From positions 1,341,580 through 1,405,579 of the forward strand of contig JALDTO010000266.1 of NCBI GenBank assembly GCA_023515725.1: a DNA stretch of 64,000 bases, read 5' to 3'. Positions 1 through 14,056 of this stretch are shown here, piece by piece. The number at the start of each line of letters is the position of its first letter. Within the stretch, counting starts at the first letter, position 1. The stretch comes from Amoeboaphelidium protococcarum X5. Taxonomy: Eukaryota > Fungi > Aphelidiomycota. The translations under genes and the position numbers were made by a program. The notes under the pieces are model-generated. The model ran no database searches, was not told the DNA's origin, and worked only from the letters and a program-made list of their open reading frames with translations.

Positions 1-705
1 AGCAGTCTTGCACTGAGTACGAACGATGGTGGCTAGGACGCGTCGGTGGCGCAACCGTCTAATAACACTACAACCAAGTATTGCACTGTGGTGGAAAAGT
101 TCACTGATGGTAAACCTGATCTATTTGATGTCGATAATGGTAATGTAAAAGTTGTAAATGATCAGCTAGTGTTGGAATTGACTCAGGGCCAGAGTTCTTT
201 AGTGTCATCTAAAAGGAAGTACGACGATGTGTTTGTCGAGTTGAATCTGCGCATGAGTGGCCAAAGCGGTGTGGTCACATCCTTCATATTGAGGAGCGAG
301 AAGCATAGCGGTGATGAGGTTGATTTCGAGATGGTGGGAAGAAACTCGTTTGGTGTTTAGACTACTTACGCTGTGGAATCTGTGCTTGAGACGAGTCATG
401 CCAGATGGCATTGGAATAGCGATGATGACACTGGCGCGAACAGTTACGACTAATCGAAGCAACCTGTTAAATTGGGCATCAAATGGAACAAGGAAAAGAT
501 TGAATGGCTGGTCAATGGCAGAGTGCGCCGGGAGTTGTTTGCTCGTGACGCCACAAGCTTCCCCACCAAGTCAATGTACATTCAGATGGGGCTCTGGGAC
601 GGCACTTAGACGAGTGGATGGGCTGGAACTGTCGACTTTGCAAAGGCGCCATTTAACGCGTATTACGACTCGATCTCTATAACTGCACCTTGTGAATAAG
701 AATGA
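1..705 (+). CDS. GH16 glycoside hydrolase/transglycosylase (Crh-like), 5' truncated by window
   Basis: Frame 1 open from base 1 to TGA 703-705 with TAR=Gln. Catalytic motif GDEVDFE (ExDxE), also GVVTSFIL, IKWNKEKIEW and MYIQMGLWDG. Confidence 0.85.
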
Positions 706-864
706 AGATATTTAGCATGATACGATATACATTGCTGCAACTGGATATACAGATGTAATATGAGCATTCATTTAACTATAAAATTCTATGTTTCATTTTC
801 TGCACAGTATATCAACTTTAAAGTAAGTAACACTTTCTATTAGAACAAAATCATTAAAACCATG

Positions 865-2580
865 TCATCGCAAAATGTTATGACGGTTCCGCCTAATCCC
901 AGAGGTTACAAGGTTCTCATTAGGCTTATTCAGTTCGCAATAAGGCAATGACGTAGCTTCAGACAGACCATGGAAGTAAAAGTATGGCTGCAGTTCTATA
1001 GAACTCTTCCTTATGTGAGTAATCTTCTATAATCGACTTTAGTCAATAGGAGTTACAATGTAAAATCCGCTAGATTAATCCTCCAATATAGATCTTACTA
1101 CACCATATCCCATAAATTCCCTCTTTTACTATTCTACACTCTCTAATGCAACGATTTACGCGTTAACAACTGCCAATTTCTCACTTGTAGACAAATCTCC
1201 GCCACCATCAATTTCAATCATCACATCTTCAGCGCCCATCCAATAACAGGCCCTTTACCAAAGCGGAGTGAAATCCCAAAGACAATTATGAACATACTTG
1301 GTGTCACAAAAGAAATGGGATGCGAAAGCAAGCAGTCGATGATCTTGTGCACTAAACTACAATTGGCCAGAACTATACGACAAAAGAGATCCTGATTCTA
1401 CAATGAAATGACTGAGCTTCAAATTAGTGCATGACTTTTAGGGAACACTCTCAGACCACCACCTGGTACACTTGTCAGTCAAGTTCAACTTGGATGGACA
1501 TATCTATGGAACGAGTTCTACTACGTTACTAACTTGCGTAAGATAGATGATTTAATTCAACAAATCAGCTCCAATGCCAGTCATCCAACCGCATGTATTA
1601 ATTACGACAGGGAATTGACGATTATTTATCTTTCCATACTCTTGCCAGCATTATGCAACAGAGTTGAAATATGAGACTGGATCAACATCAAGACTCAGAT
1701 GACCATAATAGACAGAGTAAGTATCTGCAGGTCGTTGGTGAGTAAAAGGCGGGCCTAAAATGAAATCAGACACTTTAATCAGCGACACCAAACCAGGAGG
1801 AGTAAATTCAGATTATCCAACATCGCAGTCCAGGTAGAAAACGCTTTCATAATCTTACAAGAGTCTATTCACTAAATGACGCGTCAAGGTTGACTTGCCC
1901 ACAGACTTTTCACCACACAAGAGCCACGATTAAGATTCTCCACTATCAAATAATTTATCGAGAGTGCTAGTGAGCTGTGATAATAAAGGCATGCTACTGT
2001 TAAGCATGGGATTGACAGCGTAAAATCCCTCCACAACTAAATCCAATTCCGCATTAGATTGAAATACATTTAGATGTCTGGCAAAGTCATTCATACCATT
2101 GAAACCATCATTTTATAAAGACTTTACCCTTATAATCACATCGCAGTCTTTCAACTCATCCGGTATTAGGATATCACTCTATGCTTTCAACGATGAAGAC
2201 TTTCGCGGCAATATACTTAAAAGTGAATGGCTAGATGGAGAGTACACGCTATATGAGCGTAAATCGCTGGCTGACAATAGAGCACCTTGTATCCAGCATG
2301 ATCCTTTTACAATAGTAATCTCTGCTTTGCCATAAACGTAAAGCGGTGGTCCATCACGTAGCCCAATCAAGCATTGGGATTCTCTCTATTTCGCATGATC
2401 CATCACACAGATCTGAGCCATCTAATGATCATATCGATCCAAAGAAAATTCTGATGGCACTTCAACAATTTGAACATTACTTGATTTAATTCCTAAATTC
2501 TAAGATTTCCGAACAGATTTATACGCGTCATTAAATAGTTTCTACGCCTATTAGCTTCGGAGCAAATCAAATCTGCTCAT
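865..2580 (-). CDS. GRC3: Polynucleotide 5'-hydroxyl kinase Grc3/Nol9 (Clp1 family)
   Basis: 571 aa single frame with TAR=Gln. P-loop LLCGEKSVGKSTLTRHLVNRL, YLDCDVGQSEFTPPG, PVVINTCGWMTGIG. Ends TGA. Confidence 0.88.
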
Positions 2581-2673
2581 GATGATCTCTCTTTACGTTT
2601 TAATCGCTGTGAAAATAAAGCAAATCTATATTGATTCCAGCTTATAGTAATATACCACCCAGTAAATTTAAAG

Positions 2674-3857
2674 ATGCAGTCTGACGACGTAAGTGTATAT
2701 CTACAATGGAAATATCTATATATTTCTATATCTGATACTGTAGGTTATTTGGGGAGTAATTAATGATTACTTTTGCTCATTCAAAGTCTCGTAAGATCAA
2801 ATCTATATATCACATTGATATTTAATCACACAAATAGCACTAATATCTTATTCGTGTAGAACTAGAACTAAGGAGAAATTCTGTAAAAATGAATATAATG
2901 CAACTGGTCTATGTGATAGAAAGTCGTGTCCTCTGGCTAATAGTAGATATGCGACTGTGAAAGAGGATAAGGGTGTCCTTTATCTGTACGTGAAGACTGT
3001 TGAACGCGCCCACATGCCAGCTAAAATGTGGGAGAAGATTCAGTTGTCAAAGAATTACACCCAAGCTCTACTATAGGTAACATTAAATCTTTAAATATTA
3101 GACTAAAGTAGAATAATTATGACTCAACATGTCGTTGACACATCTTATGTGTGTGTAGATTGATGAAGAGTTGATACATTGGCCAGAGTTTATGATACAC
3201 CGGTGCAAGTAGAGATTGACGCGTCTCACTCAGTACTTGATCAAGATGCGCCGACTGTCCGTGAGAGGAAATTCGCGTCTTGTGCCGATCAAGCGGAAAA
3301 CTGAGCGCAGAGACGAGCGCAGAGAAATGAAGGCCGAGGTGGCTGCCAAGTTGGATCAGAACATTTAGAAGGAGCTGTTGGAGAGACTCAAGAATGGCAC
3401 GTACGGTGAATTATATAAGGATATTCTGAATGTTGATAAGGATTAGTTCTCTGCTGCCATGGAGTAGATTGAAAAGGAATAGTAGTAGCAGCAGCAGCTG
3501 GAAAGTGGCGAGGAAGAAGAGTACGAGTATGAAGAAGATATGGACGAGGATGAATATGAACTGGAGCACTTGGATCAGGAACGTGAATTGGTCGAGATGA
3601 GCGAAGGCAACGAAGATTATGATTTTGAAGATTACGATGGAGTTGACTTTAACGCGTCCTAATACAGCTCATAAGATGAAGATGAGAGTGGTGAAGATGA
3701 TGTGGAAGAGGAGGAAGTTTTAGATTCGAATCAAGTTCAAGTTGGTTAATCTGCAAAGTCGCCAAAACAGTCCAAGCCTGGTAAGCGTAGAAGAGGACAA
3801 TACGTTGAAATCGAGTACGAGCATGAACACGAAGCACCCGCTAAATTACTAAATTGA
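2674..3857 (+). CDS. MAK16: 60S biogenesis protein Mak16 (introns 2689-2743, 2791-2859, 3077-3158)
   Basis: MQSDD|[51 protein letters not shown], acidic tail, [12 protein letters not shown] introns restore the frame. Confidence 0.95.
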
Positions 3858-4113
3858 ATTAAATCTCATAAAACACGTTCTCTTCTATTTCATATTTTAC
3901 ATCAACATCTAAGTTTTCTCTAGCTTACAATAGATTTACCATTGTGGATTCTCTATACATTTTAAGAACGTGAGACGGAAACATTGAAAGTTGGGTGAAT
4001 CGTTCAACTGTCTTTCTCCTTCTAAATGAAGCCTTGTTGAATATCTATCCACATTAGTAGTAATTTAATTTAAGTATTATTGAATAAAGCTTTAACGATT
4101 AAAAGTGATTGAT

Positions 4114-6333
4114 ATGAATGAAATTAAATTGCAGATTATAAAAGACAACTTTTTTGAAAGTCCAATGCTTCTTAATAAAGATCTGTCGTATGTTGACTAT
4201 GTCGTAGAAGTCTAGAATACCACAAGTACTAATTCTAATCATAAATAAGAGGAGCAATTATAGTCTGACTTTATTAAATTGTTATCAGATTTGTTATAGA
4301 AATTTATAGTTTGTGGTCTCAAGTTCTAGATTGAGTCTGTCAATGCTACGTCTGAAGGTGATGGTAAATTGCTAGTGCTCATCCACTGTCCTGACGGCGC
4401 CCTGTCTCAACAGTATCAATAAAGCAGGATAGACGACTGGATGAAGGGAGTTGGAGACCTGAGCATTGACCCTGTTGATAAAGCATCTCTATCTGCTCTA
4501 AGGACGTTATCTAAAAGTGAGAGATATAGGTTGATCAACGAAATTTTGGTGCGTGAATTAGCCAATTATGACGGTCGTTTAGAGTATGATCTATATCCAC
4601 TACACGATGATGAGTTTAATTAGAAATGGATCAAATCTTGGTCTTCCAAGTGGATCCTCAATTTTGAGGATTTAAAAGTGGCTCGTGAGAATTTTGGTGA
4701 AGAGTTGGCTCTCTATTTTGACTTTCTGCAGACGTACTTCTTCTTCCTGGCCATTCCATCTGTCCTGGGTGTATTAGCTTACTTTATAGATACTCAGTAC
4801 TCTGTCTGGTATTCAATTACACTGTGTCTATGGGCCGTGGTGTTTATTCTGTACTGGGAGCGTCGATAAGATGATTTGGTCACCAGCTGGAATGTGAAGG
4901 GATGTTCCAAGGTTGACTCTTCACAGCACATGAAGGATGATCTTTATTAATCGCGCACCTCATCTATAGATGACTGTGACTAATAGATTGGTGGTGGCGG
5001 TTCACCTCGCTTATCATCTGCGTGGGCAGCTGTGTACGATTACCTGCGAAAGTGTGCAACTATCCCCGTTATGGTAGTGATGGCGATTATGCTGAGTTTA
5101 TACGTGAGCACAATGTTCATTTTGGATATGCTCTTGATTGAGTATTACAAAGGGCCACTGCAGGAATGGCTAAAGTACTCACCTATCATAATATATACGC
5201 TCACGGTTCCGTATATAAGTCAGTGGTATGCTGCCGTGTGCAAGTTATTAAATCAGTTTGAGTAACATCAGAGTTTGCAATCCAAGCATTGGTATTTTGT
5301 GCAGAAGATGTTCATTTCTAATTTTGTCATTAATTTTGCGTTTCCGCTTTTGAATGGCTTAGTTTACATCCCTTTTGGTCCATATATTGCTCAGCTATTT
5401 GGAAGTCTTATGGATGTTCCTGTATCTGAAGAAGTGCAAAAGACTGAGAAATTTGCTAATGCAGTCTTTGAGTTTATCATGACTGGCCAAGTGATTAATG
5501 CTTTTACAGAGCTGGTACTTCCTGTATTATAAAGAGCCGGTGTTCATTTTATGGCCAGAATGAAATCGTCAACTGATGATAATTTGTCTTCATCTGGCTC
5601 GAAGCCTCTTAGTAAAGACTTTAAATCTAATCGATAGAAAATTCTATAATAGGTGGAGAAAGCATCGTACGATATAGATGAAGACTATAATGAAATGATC
5701 ATGTAGTTTGGGTACGTTGTTATTTTCGGCTCAGTCTGGAGCTTTACTAGCTTGGCCGCTTTCGTTAATAACTGGTTGGAGGTGAGAAGTGATGCGATAA
5801 AGATTGCGTATAATCATAAACGTCCAGTGCCTAGACGCACAGATTCTATTGGTCCATGGTTGTTCAACTTGAAGTTGCTCACATTCTTTAGCGTCATTTT
5901 GAATGTTGTGTGGATTTGCATGTTTAGATAAATGTCAGAGGCCAGGATATTCGGTATTGATATAAGTGCATTGGCCAGCTCGAAGACATTCTTTTGGCTA
6001 TTCGTGATTGAACACTTATTTCTGATCAGTTGGCTGGTTATGAGTAATGCATTCTCCTTCTTTCCCAGCTTATCGACTCTTCAAGCCTAAGAGTAGGAGT
6101 AATAGTTGCGTCGCAAGTTGTTGAAGAGCATCATTAGCGATCATGAAAGCCAGTTTGATCACCTTTAGGTTGAGGAGAGTAATGGTCAGCTGTAAGTGAA
6201 TGGAAATGATTCCGTCAGAGGATCCGCTCTTAGTCTGGCTGATTTAACTTCAATGGAGTCTGAGATTACTGAAGTATGCTCGCACTATCTTCGCCAGTTG
6301 TTAACTTCTTAGAGTGAGAAGAAAGTAAAGTGA
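4114..6333 (+). CDS. Anoctamin/TMEM16 family scramblase (Ist2-like)
   Basis: YPLHD, RENFGEELALYFDFL, EDYNEMIMQFGY, NNWLEVRSDAIK, RPVPRRTDSIGPW, IEH. Multiple TM segments, one frame. Confidence 0.92.
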
Positions 6334-6375
6334 TATTGTCTATTTAATAAGAGTTGAAATTATCTATATTGAGAC

Positions 6376-7332
6376 TCATTTCTTTTCAGTCTTTATCTTT
6401 TGATCAGTCTCAATATCTTCGAGGAACTGAGTGATAGAGTCGATAACAACTTTGGCGCTCCTTTTACTGCTCTCCGGCTTAACGCTCAGCTTGGAAGCGT
6501 CCTGATCTAAATCTGCCAATATTTAATCAAAATCCAGAACACTCTTCTTAGCCTTTGCCTTTGCCTTTCCAGCGGTACCGGTTGAAGATCCAACCTTTAA
6601 CGCGTCAGGATTCAAAGCCACCGTAGGATTAACTTTGCCTTACTGGCTGATCTTCACCTCACAGATGTACATTTCATGCAGCTTTGATCGGTCATTGGCA
6701 ACAAAATCTGGTCTAATCATAAAATATGGATCGTTATTAGGCAGGAAACCAACCAGTCCGTATATACCAACCGCATATCCACCATAAAGAGGATTCAGTA
6801 CACGAGCTTGCACGCGTGGTAGATTGGACGCGTCTTTCGGAACCAAAGTGATATGCTAAGCTTTCTAAGAATCAGCGCCCAAGTTTATACCTAAATGTTC
6901 TGTCAATAACTTTGTTTTATTCTTTGGATCCTTCTCTGCAATTATCTTTTACTTTATCTCCGGATCGATAGTGTTCAACTATCCTTAAAGTTACTAGAGC
7001 TCGGATTTCGCCATCACAGCCAGACTCTTCGATACATCTATAGACTCCACATTATCGCGCACATTCATCTGTTCAAATATTTAATTCCATTAATCAATAT
7101 CCACCTTATTTTCATCATAACGCGCAAATCCGTACAGAGTATCAATGTCTTTTACATATATAGACTTGCCTCGTAACTGATCAGGTACATCATACTTGAG
7201 GCCATAATCACCAAGAGACGCGTCAAGTTAGTTTTTAGTCGCCACCACTTGATTCATATGATTTCCGACTAGCCTCCTATCGACTAGCTTTACAAATTGA
7301 GATTGCTTGAATAATTATGAGAACGTTGACAT
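6376..7332 (-). CDS. MRP51: Mitochondrial small-subunit ribosomal protein Mrp51 (bS1m)-like
   Basis: N-terminus MSTFSQLFKQS..QVV..LGDYGLKYDVP..IYVKDIDT resembles the fungal GDWGLK motif; later ARVLN..YAVGIYGLVGF. Confidence 0.65.
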
Positions 7333-7520
7333 TTCGTTTACTTTCACTACGGTAGTTAAGGTGGAAATGAAAAGGGGATCAAGATCAAATCGACGCGTTG
7401 CTGAAAAGAAATCGATAATATATGAGAAATGAAAAGCAAAAATCTATCAAGCTTGTAACACTAATTCTAACAATTTATCATCATCATTTCTCATCAGCAC
7501 ACATATTAGCAAAAACATCT

Positions 7521-8294
7521 TCAGTTGGCCACATTGTCTTCCTTGACAATCTTCAAGTCGACCGTGTTTGCACGCGCAGAGGAGGCGCCGACAGTCATTG
7601 AGCGGTTGCCGAGATCAACAGGAGTCGACTTTGGCAGTGCCTTGGTCTCATAGACGATAGACTTCACAGTACCGCTCTTCTCCATTTGCTGGAAGAATTC
7701 TTTACTGGAGCGCTTGTAATTGCCAAACTCATGGACAGACTGATCAATGGCAGCAGATGCAGCATTCTGCTCCTTGTCATAGTTGGCACCGGCAGCCTTT
7801 TACAATCTCTCGATCAAAGCCTTCTCGTTCAAATCGGATGGCTTGTTCGCGCTCAGCTCAATGTGAAACGTCTTCACAACCTCTTGAATCTTCTTGCAGT
7901 CGTCGAGAGCACGAGCGCGTTGGATTGGTCTCACACTCTCACCCACCCACTTGATGAACACGTACTTGTTACGTCTGTCACTGCCAATTGGCTGTCTCAG
8001 ATAGCCATAGCTGACTTCATCATCACGCAGGCCAGCCTTCAACTGATCCAAGTCACCATTGCCCTTCTGTCTTGTTTGAACTTGGCCATTCTCCAGCTTG
8101 AAGATAGCCCAGCTGACATTTTCATCAGCATCCAGAATAGCCTTCACTGCATCATGGACACTTTGATCAGCATTGACACCGGAAGAGATGTTTGTGTTGG
8201 ACTTTGGACGACCACCAGCTTTGAAGTTAGAGGAAGCCTTGTAGTTGGTGCCATTTTCAACCGCAGATTGACGACTCTTTACTGATTCAGGCAT
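7521..8294 (-). CDS. ADF-H domain actin-binding protein, coactosin-like, with C-terminal extension
   Basis: WAIFK..G.GDLDQLK..L.DDEVSYGYLR..RNKYVFIKWVGESV..KAAGANYD. Reads through TAA 7800-7802 to TGA. Confidence 0.85.
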
Positions 8295-8624
8295 TTTTGA
8301 ATAATATCGCAAGAGTTAAAGTTGCTGTATAGATTTGTTGTTTACTTTTGTCCAAAGTGAATTTAAATGCTAATTGATGAAAAGAGAATCAATCCTCGAA
8401 ATTAAGCATTTTGAAGAATTCATAACTGATTCCAGAGGGTGGCATATATAAATATCACATCTGAGTTCAATAAATGATTGATCACACGTCGCGACTGGAT
8501 TGGTAATGAAAACTTGATGTGGCGCTCGAATCAGAGATGAAGCATGCTAATTAATGCAATTTAAAGTTTTATAAATACATACACTCTTTTAAATCAAATC
8601 AATAAACACTCTGGAGATGCTCAG

Positions 8625-9261
8625 TCAGACACCAGATAATTTCGAATCGACATGAAGCTGAACTTGTGTCATGACAACCTTCCGCGTAGTTGTAACGCTG
8701 TTGATCGATATCATTTGACCAAATTCTGTTTCAACGATAGAAATCCACTAAGGCGCGATCTCAGCCAGTTTAACTAACAATTCCTTAGCCTCATCTACAC
8801 AGTAAATTAAGTTAATTGTTATACATTACACGCTAAAGAGGAATATTACATAGTGATAATGGTTGCTGATACGTGTCTGTCGCTTTTTGTAACAGTTCTT
8901 TCATGTAGAACGATCGCCGCTCCTATTTATGCACGATGCTACATTCCCGTTTCAATATAACAATTCGTTAGGGGTAAGAGTTAATGTGATATCTTACCAA
9001 TATACCAAGTCCACAAATGAAGTTAATCTACTCAATACAGCCTTTTCCCTCAGAGATATCTTTGGTCTGCTTTTATCCACGCACTCCACTTTTTATTATT
9101 TTCGAAGTCGCATCTACACTTTGATACCATTGTAATAACATATGATTTACTGCCTGTAGTAATTCTAGACTTACTTTTTCAAGGACTGACATTCCTTTTG
9201 CACCATCAAGGGACTTTCGAACAATAATCACATCACTTTAACTCTTGGATGTCTGTATCAT
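8625..9261 (-). CDS. Small Cdt1 C-terminal (MCM-binding winged-helix)-like protein, 153 aa (introns 9114-9174, 8939-8997, 8795-8849)
   Basis: Spliced product SVLEKMRLRKQ..AVLSRL..MKELLQKATDTYQQPLSLYEAKELLVKLAEIAPQWI resembles Cdt1 SLLERIRAKE..PxSxxEAxxxLxLLAExxPxW. Three GT..TGTAG introns give an intact frame. Confidence 0.65.
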
Positions 9262-9401
9262 TTTATTGAGTATATAAGTAACACTGGGTATTTCAATTAA
9301 ACACAGTGAGATACAAAGTAATTTGAAAGAAGACGTTTCAGTATCGGACTAAAAAAAGGAAGTCTTAGGAACAACAAAATCCATTCAGAAACAATATTTT
9401 C

Positions 9402-9986
9402 TCATTCCGGCAATTTAAGACGTAGACTTTCGAAACGCAATACTTTCTTCACTCTATCCACAGCGTTTCTATCACCTCCGCGTACACATTGATCATCAGC
9501 CTTGTATGGTGGACTGATCACGACTAGCCCACCAAACACCACCATTAGTTATACCGCTTATCCATTGTTATTTTATCTATCCGTCTACCATTGACAAGGA
9601 AGTGTGCGCGTGAGAGCATCGAAAACAGCCTAGACTTCGGGAGACACGGCTTTGTTCACACGAGACAAGGCCATTTCTTTATTTCGAATCGCATTACGTT
9701 CTCTCTATGTGACTTTATCATTATTGACATTACTAAGTCGATTATCAGAGTATCCATCCTAGAAACTTTTAGATTTTTGTTCCAGCACTTGAACATTACG
9801 CACAGAGTTCATACTCAGTAAAACATAATTATTGCGCGATTCTTAATGCGGTAATAGAGGTGTGGATGGTGGCTGCTACAAAGTCACGATACCAATTTAT
9901 TTATCCACTGCATAGACATGCCCTTTATGAGAAGTCTTATATGAATCTGTAATTTCTACAAGATCTCCCACTATTAATTCTGTCAT
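9402..9986 (-). CDS. LSM12: Lsm12 (LSm domain + AD domain)
   Basis: VSPEVQAVFDALTRTLPCQW..VVISPPY..C..AVDRVKKVL; 194 aa. Confidence 0.85.
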
Positions 9987-10094
9987 TTAAATCTCTACAA
10001 TTTGTCAAATGTTTTAAGAACAAAAATGAGAAGAAATCAACAAGATCAAAAGTAATAAAAATTCCATTCGTCATCTAAAAAGAGTCACATATAA

Positions 10095-10721
<627 letters not shown>

Positions 10722-11056
10722 ACTTCTTATTTTTAGAATTCTTTGTCAATTGTAAGGTGCACAATAAAACGTAATGTGAGGAAGGAAAGAATGGCTGATC
10801 GAAACAACAACTGAAGGGAAAACACCGGAGCGACCAAACGCTGAATGAGCGCGCGCGCTAATAGACACTGCGACCGACTCGGCACTTCGTAAAACAGCGA
10901 AAGAATGATTCGCTCGAAATGGCACCGAGATTTAAGGTTAGGTTGATGATGGACGCGTCATATTTTTCTTTCAGCTTAATCGCCAAGTTGGAAAGTTTTG
11001 CTGTACATTGTAGTGATACTTCCAAGTAAAAATATTAAAATAATAGTAAACACACA

Positions 11057-11545
11057 ATGGTAAGATTTATGCGCGTAATTTAAATCTATCCATAGTGGAC
11101 GTTATAGGCACGTTATGGATGGATTTAAATTCAATGGAAAGATTCTAGATTATGATTATTTTAATAAAGATTTTATATGTAGACTAAAAAGAGACGTAGT
11201 GGTGGTCGTAATAAGAAAGGTCGTGGACATGTCACCTTCTCGCGTTGTGCCAACTGTGCACGTTGCGTCCCAAAGGATAAGGCAATTAAGAAAGTGTTGA
11301 TTAAGAACATGGTTGAGAGCGCTGCCGTTAGAGACATTACCGAGGCATCTGCCTACTAAGAGTACGCTGTGCCAAAGTTGTACGTCAAGTTGGAGTACTG
11401 TGTCAGCTGTGCCATTCACGCTCGTATTGTTCGCGTTAGAAGCCGTGAATCTCGTAAGATTAGAACTCCACCACCTCGTGTGCGTTTCGACAAGAACGGC
11501 AAGAAGATCAACCCATCCATCGCTGCCAACTTGGTTAAGGCATGA
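11057..11545 (+). CDS. RPS26: 40S ribosomal protein eS26 (intron 11060-11182 right after ATG)
   Basis: M|[48 protein letters not shown]. Confidence 0.97.
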
Positions 11546-11890
11546 ATTGAGTTGAGTTGAGCCAGTTCTGGTGAAAGCTTTATTAAATATATAGTTTACG
11601 TAGTACGTTGTTGTGTCTGCTTATGGATTTCTCTTCATAGTTAAAATAATCAACCCAATTATTTATTGATTACCGTACAGGCCACCACAGGTCGGCTGTT
11701 TGATTCATTCATCGAATCAGTCGCTTATGGCTCTGTTTCTTCGTCGTCGTCGTCGTTCTTTGCTTGAACCGATCAAGTCGCGTTTACGATTTTCTTCACA
11801 TTTTCTTCCCTTTGTACTACTTATTGTTAGTGGAGATTAAATATCATCAAGTTATCTTTATTACAGTCAATCTAAAGAGTTACATTAAGT

Positions 11891-14056
11891 ATGAGCGGAT
11901 CCGGTTAGTATTAAGATAAGAAAGAATCGACTTAGTAGATGAGTGATCAGTTTGGTCAGATGAACGTGGGTAATGATGATAATTCGTCAAAGGGTGGTGC
12001 TGCTAATCAGTAGTAATAGAGTTCTTCTACTTTTGGCGCGTCTCTTTTCGGTAAAGGATTCAATCTGGATGCTCCATCTTTTGTGCCTAATGCTGGTGCT
12101 CCGTCATTCTTTCCTTCCGCTGGTGGTGGTGCTGGTGCAGACTTTGGTGCTGGTTACGGCTACGGCGGCAGTATGGATTAGTATGGTTACGGTGGTGGTG
12201 CACAGGATTATGCGGCTCCATCCTAGGCCTTTTAAATGACTTCTGACTCTTCGTATGGAAAGTAGTAGTAATAGCCAGCTGGTTCTGTTGACTAGTAGAA
12301 GCCTGCTCCGACTACAACTACTACTGCCCCTACAAGCGGTGGTACCACCAACTATGCCGCTCAGTTGAAATCTGGAAAGCGATTTGTGTTATCTCTTGGT
12401 AGTACATCCAAATCTAAGGCTGCTGCTGGTGATAAAAAGGCTCCGGCCTCTTCAGATAAGAAAGACTCGTCTGCTGCTGCTGCCAAAGATGATACTAAGT
12501 AGGATGGTAAGGGAGGCGCGTCTGACAGTAAAAGCAATTCCGCCAACAATTCTACTTCTGCTGTCAATGGTTCATAGGAGCAGGTGGTGGAAGAGCCAGA
12601 AGTAATTGAACTTGTAATGCCAAAGATGCCTGAGCTGACTGCTGAGGAATTGGCTCATGAGGAGACTTTCTATCAGACCGGTGGTAAGGAGCATGTAAAC
12701 ATTGTTTTCATTGGACACGTCGATGCTGGTAAATCCACAATGGGAGGTCACATTCTACTGCAAACTGGCATGGTTGACAAGAGAACTATGGAGAAGTACG
12801 CGAAAGAGGCCAAGGAGTAGAATAGAGAGTCGTGGTTCTTATCTTGGGCACTGGATCTGGATGACAAAGAACGTGCCAAAGGTATCACTATTGAGACTGG
12901 ACGTGCCTTCTTTGAGACTGACAAGAGACGATACACTATTTTGGATGCACCTGGTCACAAGAACTATGTACCTTCTATGATTACCGGTGCCTCGTAGGCT
13001 GATGTTGGTATTCTTGTCATCTCTGCCAGAAAAGGTGAATTCGAGACTGGATTTGAGAAGGGTGGTCAGACAAGAGAGCACGCTCTACTGGCCAGCAATG
13101 CCGGTCTGAAGAACCTCATTGTGGCCATTAATAAGATGGATGATAGCACAGTCAACTGGTCCAAGGAGAGATTTCAGGAGTGTATTGACAAATTGACGCC
13201 ATATTTGACTCAAGTCGGTTATGATGTATCTCAGGATGTTAAGTTTATTCCGCTTAGTGGATTTACTGGTGCCAACTTGAAGGATCGAGCTGGTAAAGAT
13301 GTGTGTCCCTGGTATGATGGTCCATCCTTGCTGGAGCAGTTGGATGGCATGGCTGCTGTGGAGAGGAAGAATGATCAACCATTCATGATGCCTATCGCGG
13401 AGAGATGGAAAGATATGGGTAACTTGATTGTCACCGGCAAAGTTGAGTCTGGAAGAGTGCGCATCGGTAAGGAAGCTGTCATTATGCCTCTGAAGAAGAT
13501 TTGTGAAGTGTTGACCATTCAGAATGAAGCTGAAGAGGAGGTGAAAGGTGTTGTAAGTGGAGATAATGCAAAGATCAAGATTAGAGGCATAGATGAGGAT
13601 GAAGTCCAGCCTGGATTTGTGCTCTGCTCCCCATGGGCCTCTGTCAAGACTGTGTCCAGGTTTGAGGTTGAGTTGACCATACTGGATGTGACGGGTATCG
13701 TGTGTCCTGGATTCCGATCCATGTTGCATGTGCACACTGCCGTCTAGGAGGTTATACTTGGACAGTTTATGTACCTGGTCGATCCAAAGACGAAGCGAAA
13801 ATCCAAGAAGCCGCCAATGTTTGTCAAGAATGGTCAGGTGCTGGTGTGTAAGATGGAAGCGCTGTTGCCAATATGCTTAGAGACCTTTGAAGACCATCCA
13901 CAGTTGGGTAGATTCACTATGCGTGATGAAGGCAAGACGATCGCTATGGGTAAAGTGATGAAATTGCTTGATCCTTCAATTTATATTCCAGCCGATGCCA
14001 GTACTGTCACGGCTAATCCCAATGCCCCTGCCACTCAAGGTGCTAAGAAGGATTGA
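11891..14056 (+). CDS. SUP35: Eukaryotic release factor 3 (eRF3) GTPase with Q/G/Y-rich N-terminus
   Basis: [70 protein letters not shown]; PAM2-like [10 protein letters not shown]. Confidence 0.97.

Noticed and set aside
7686-8285. Long antisense ORFs in the track (e.g. 7686-8285, 13085-13735, 29938-30564, 52376-52903, 53059-53646)
   Set aside because: They are shadows of well-supported genes on the opposite strand and show no recognisable motifs.
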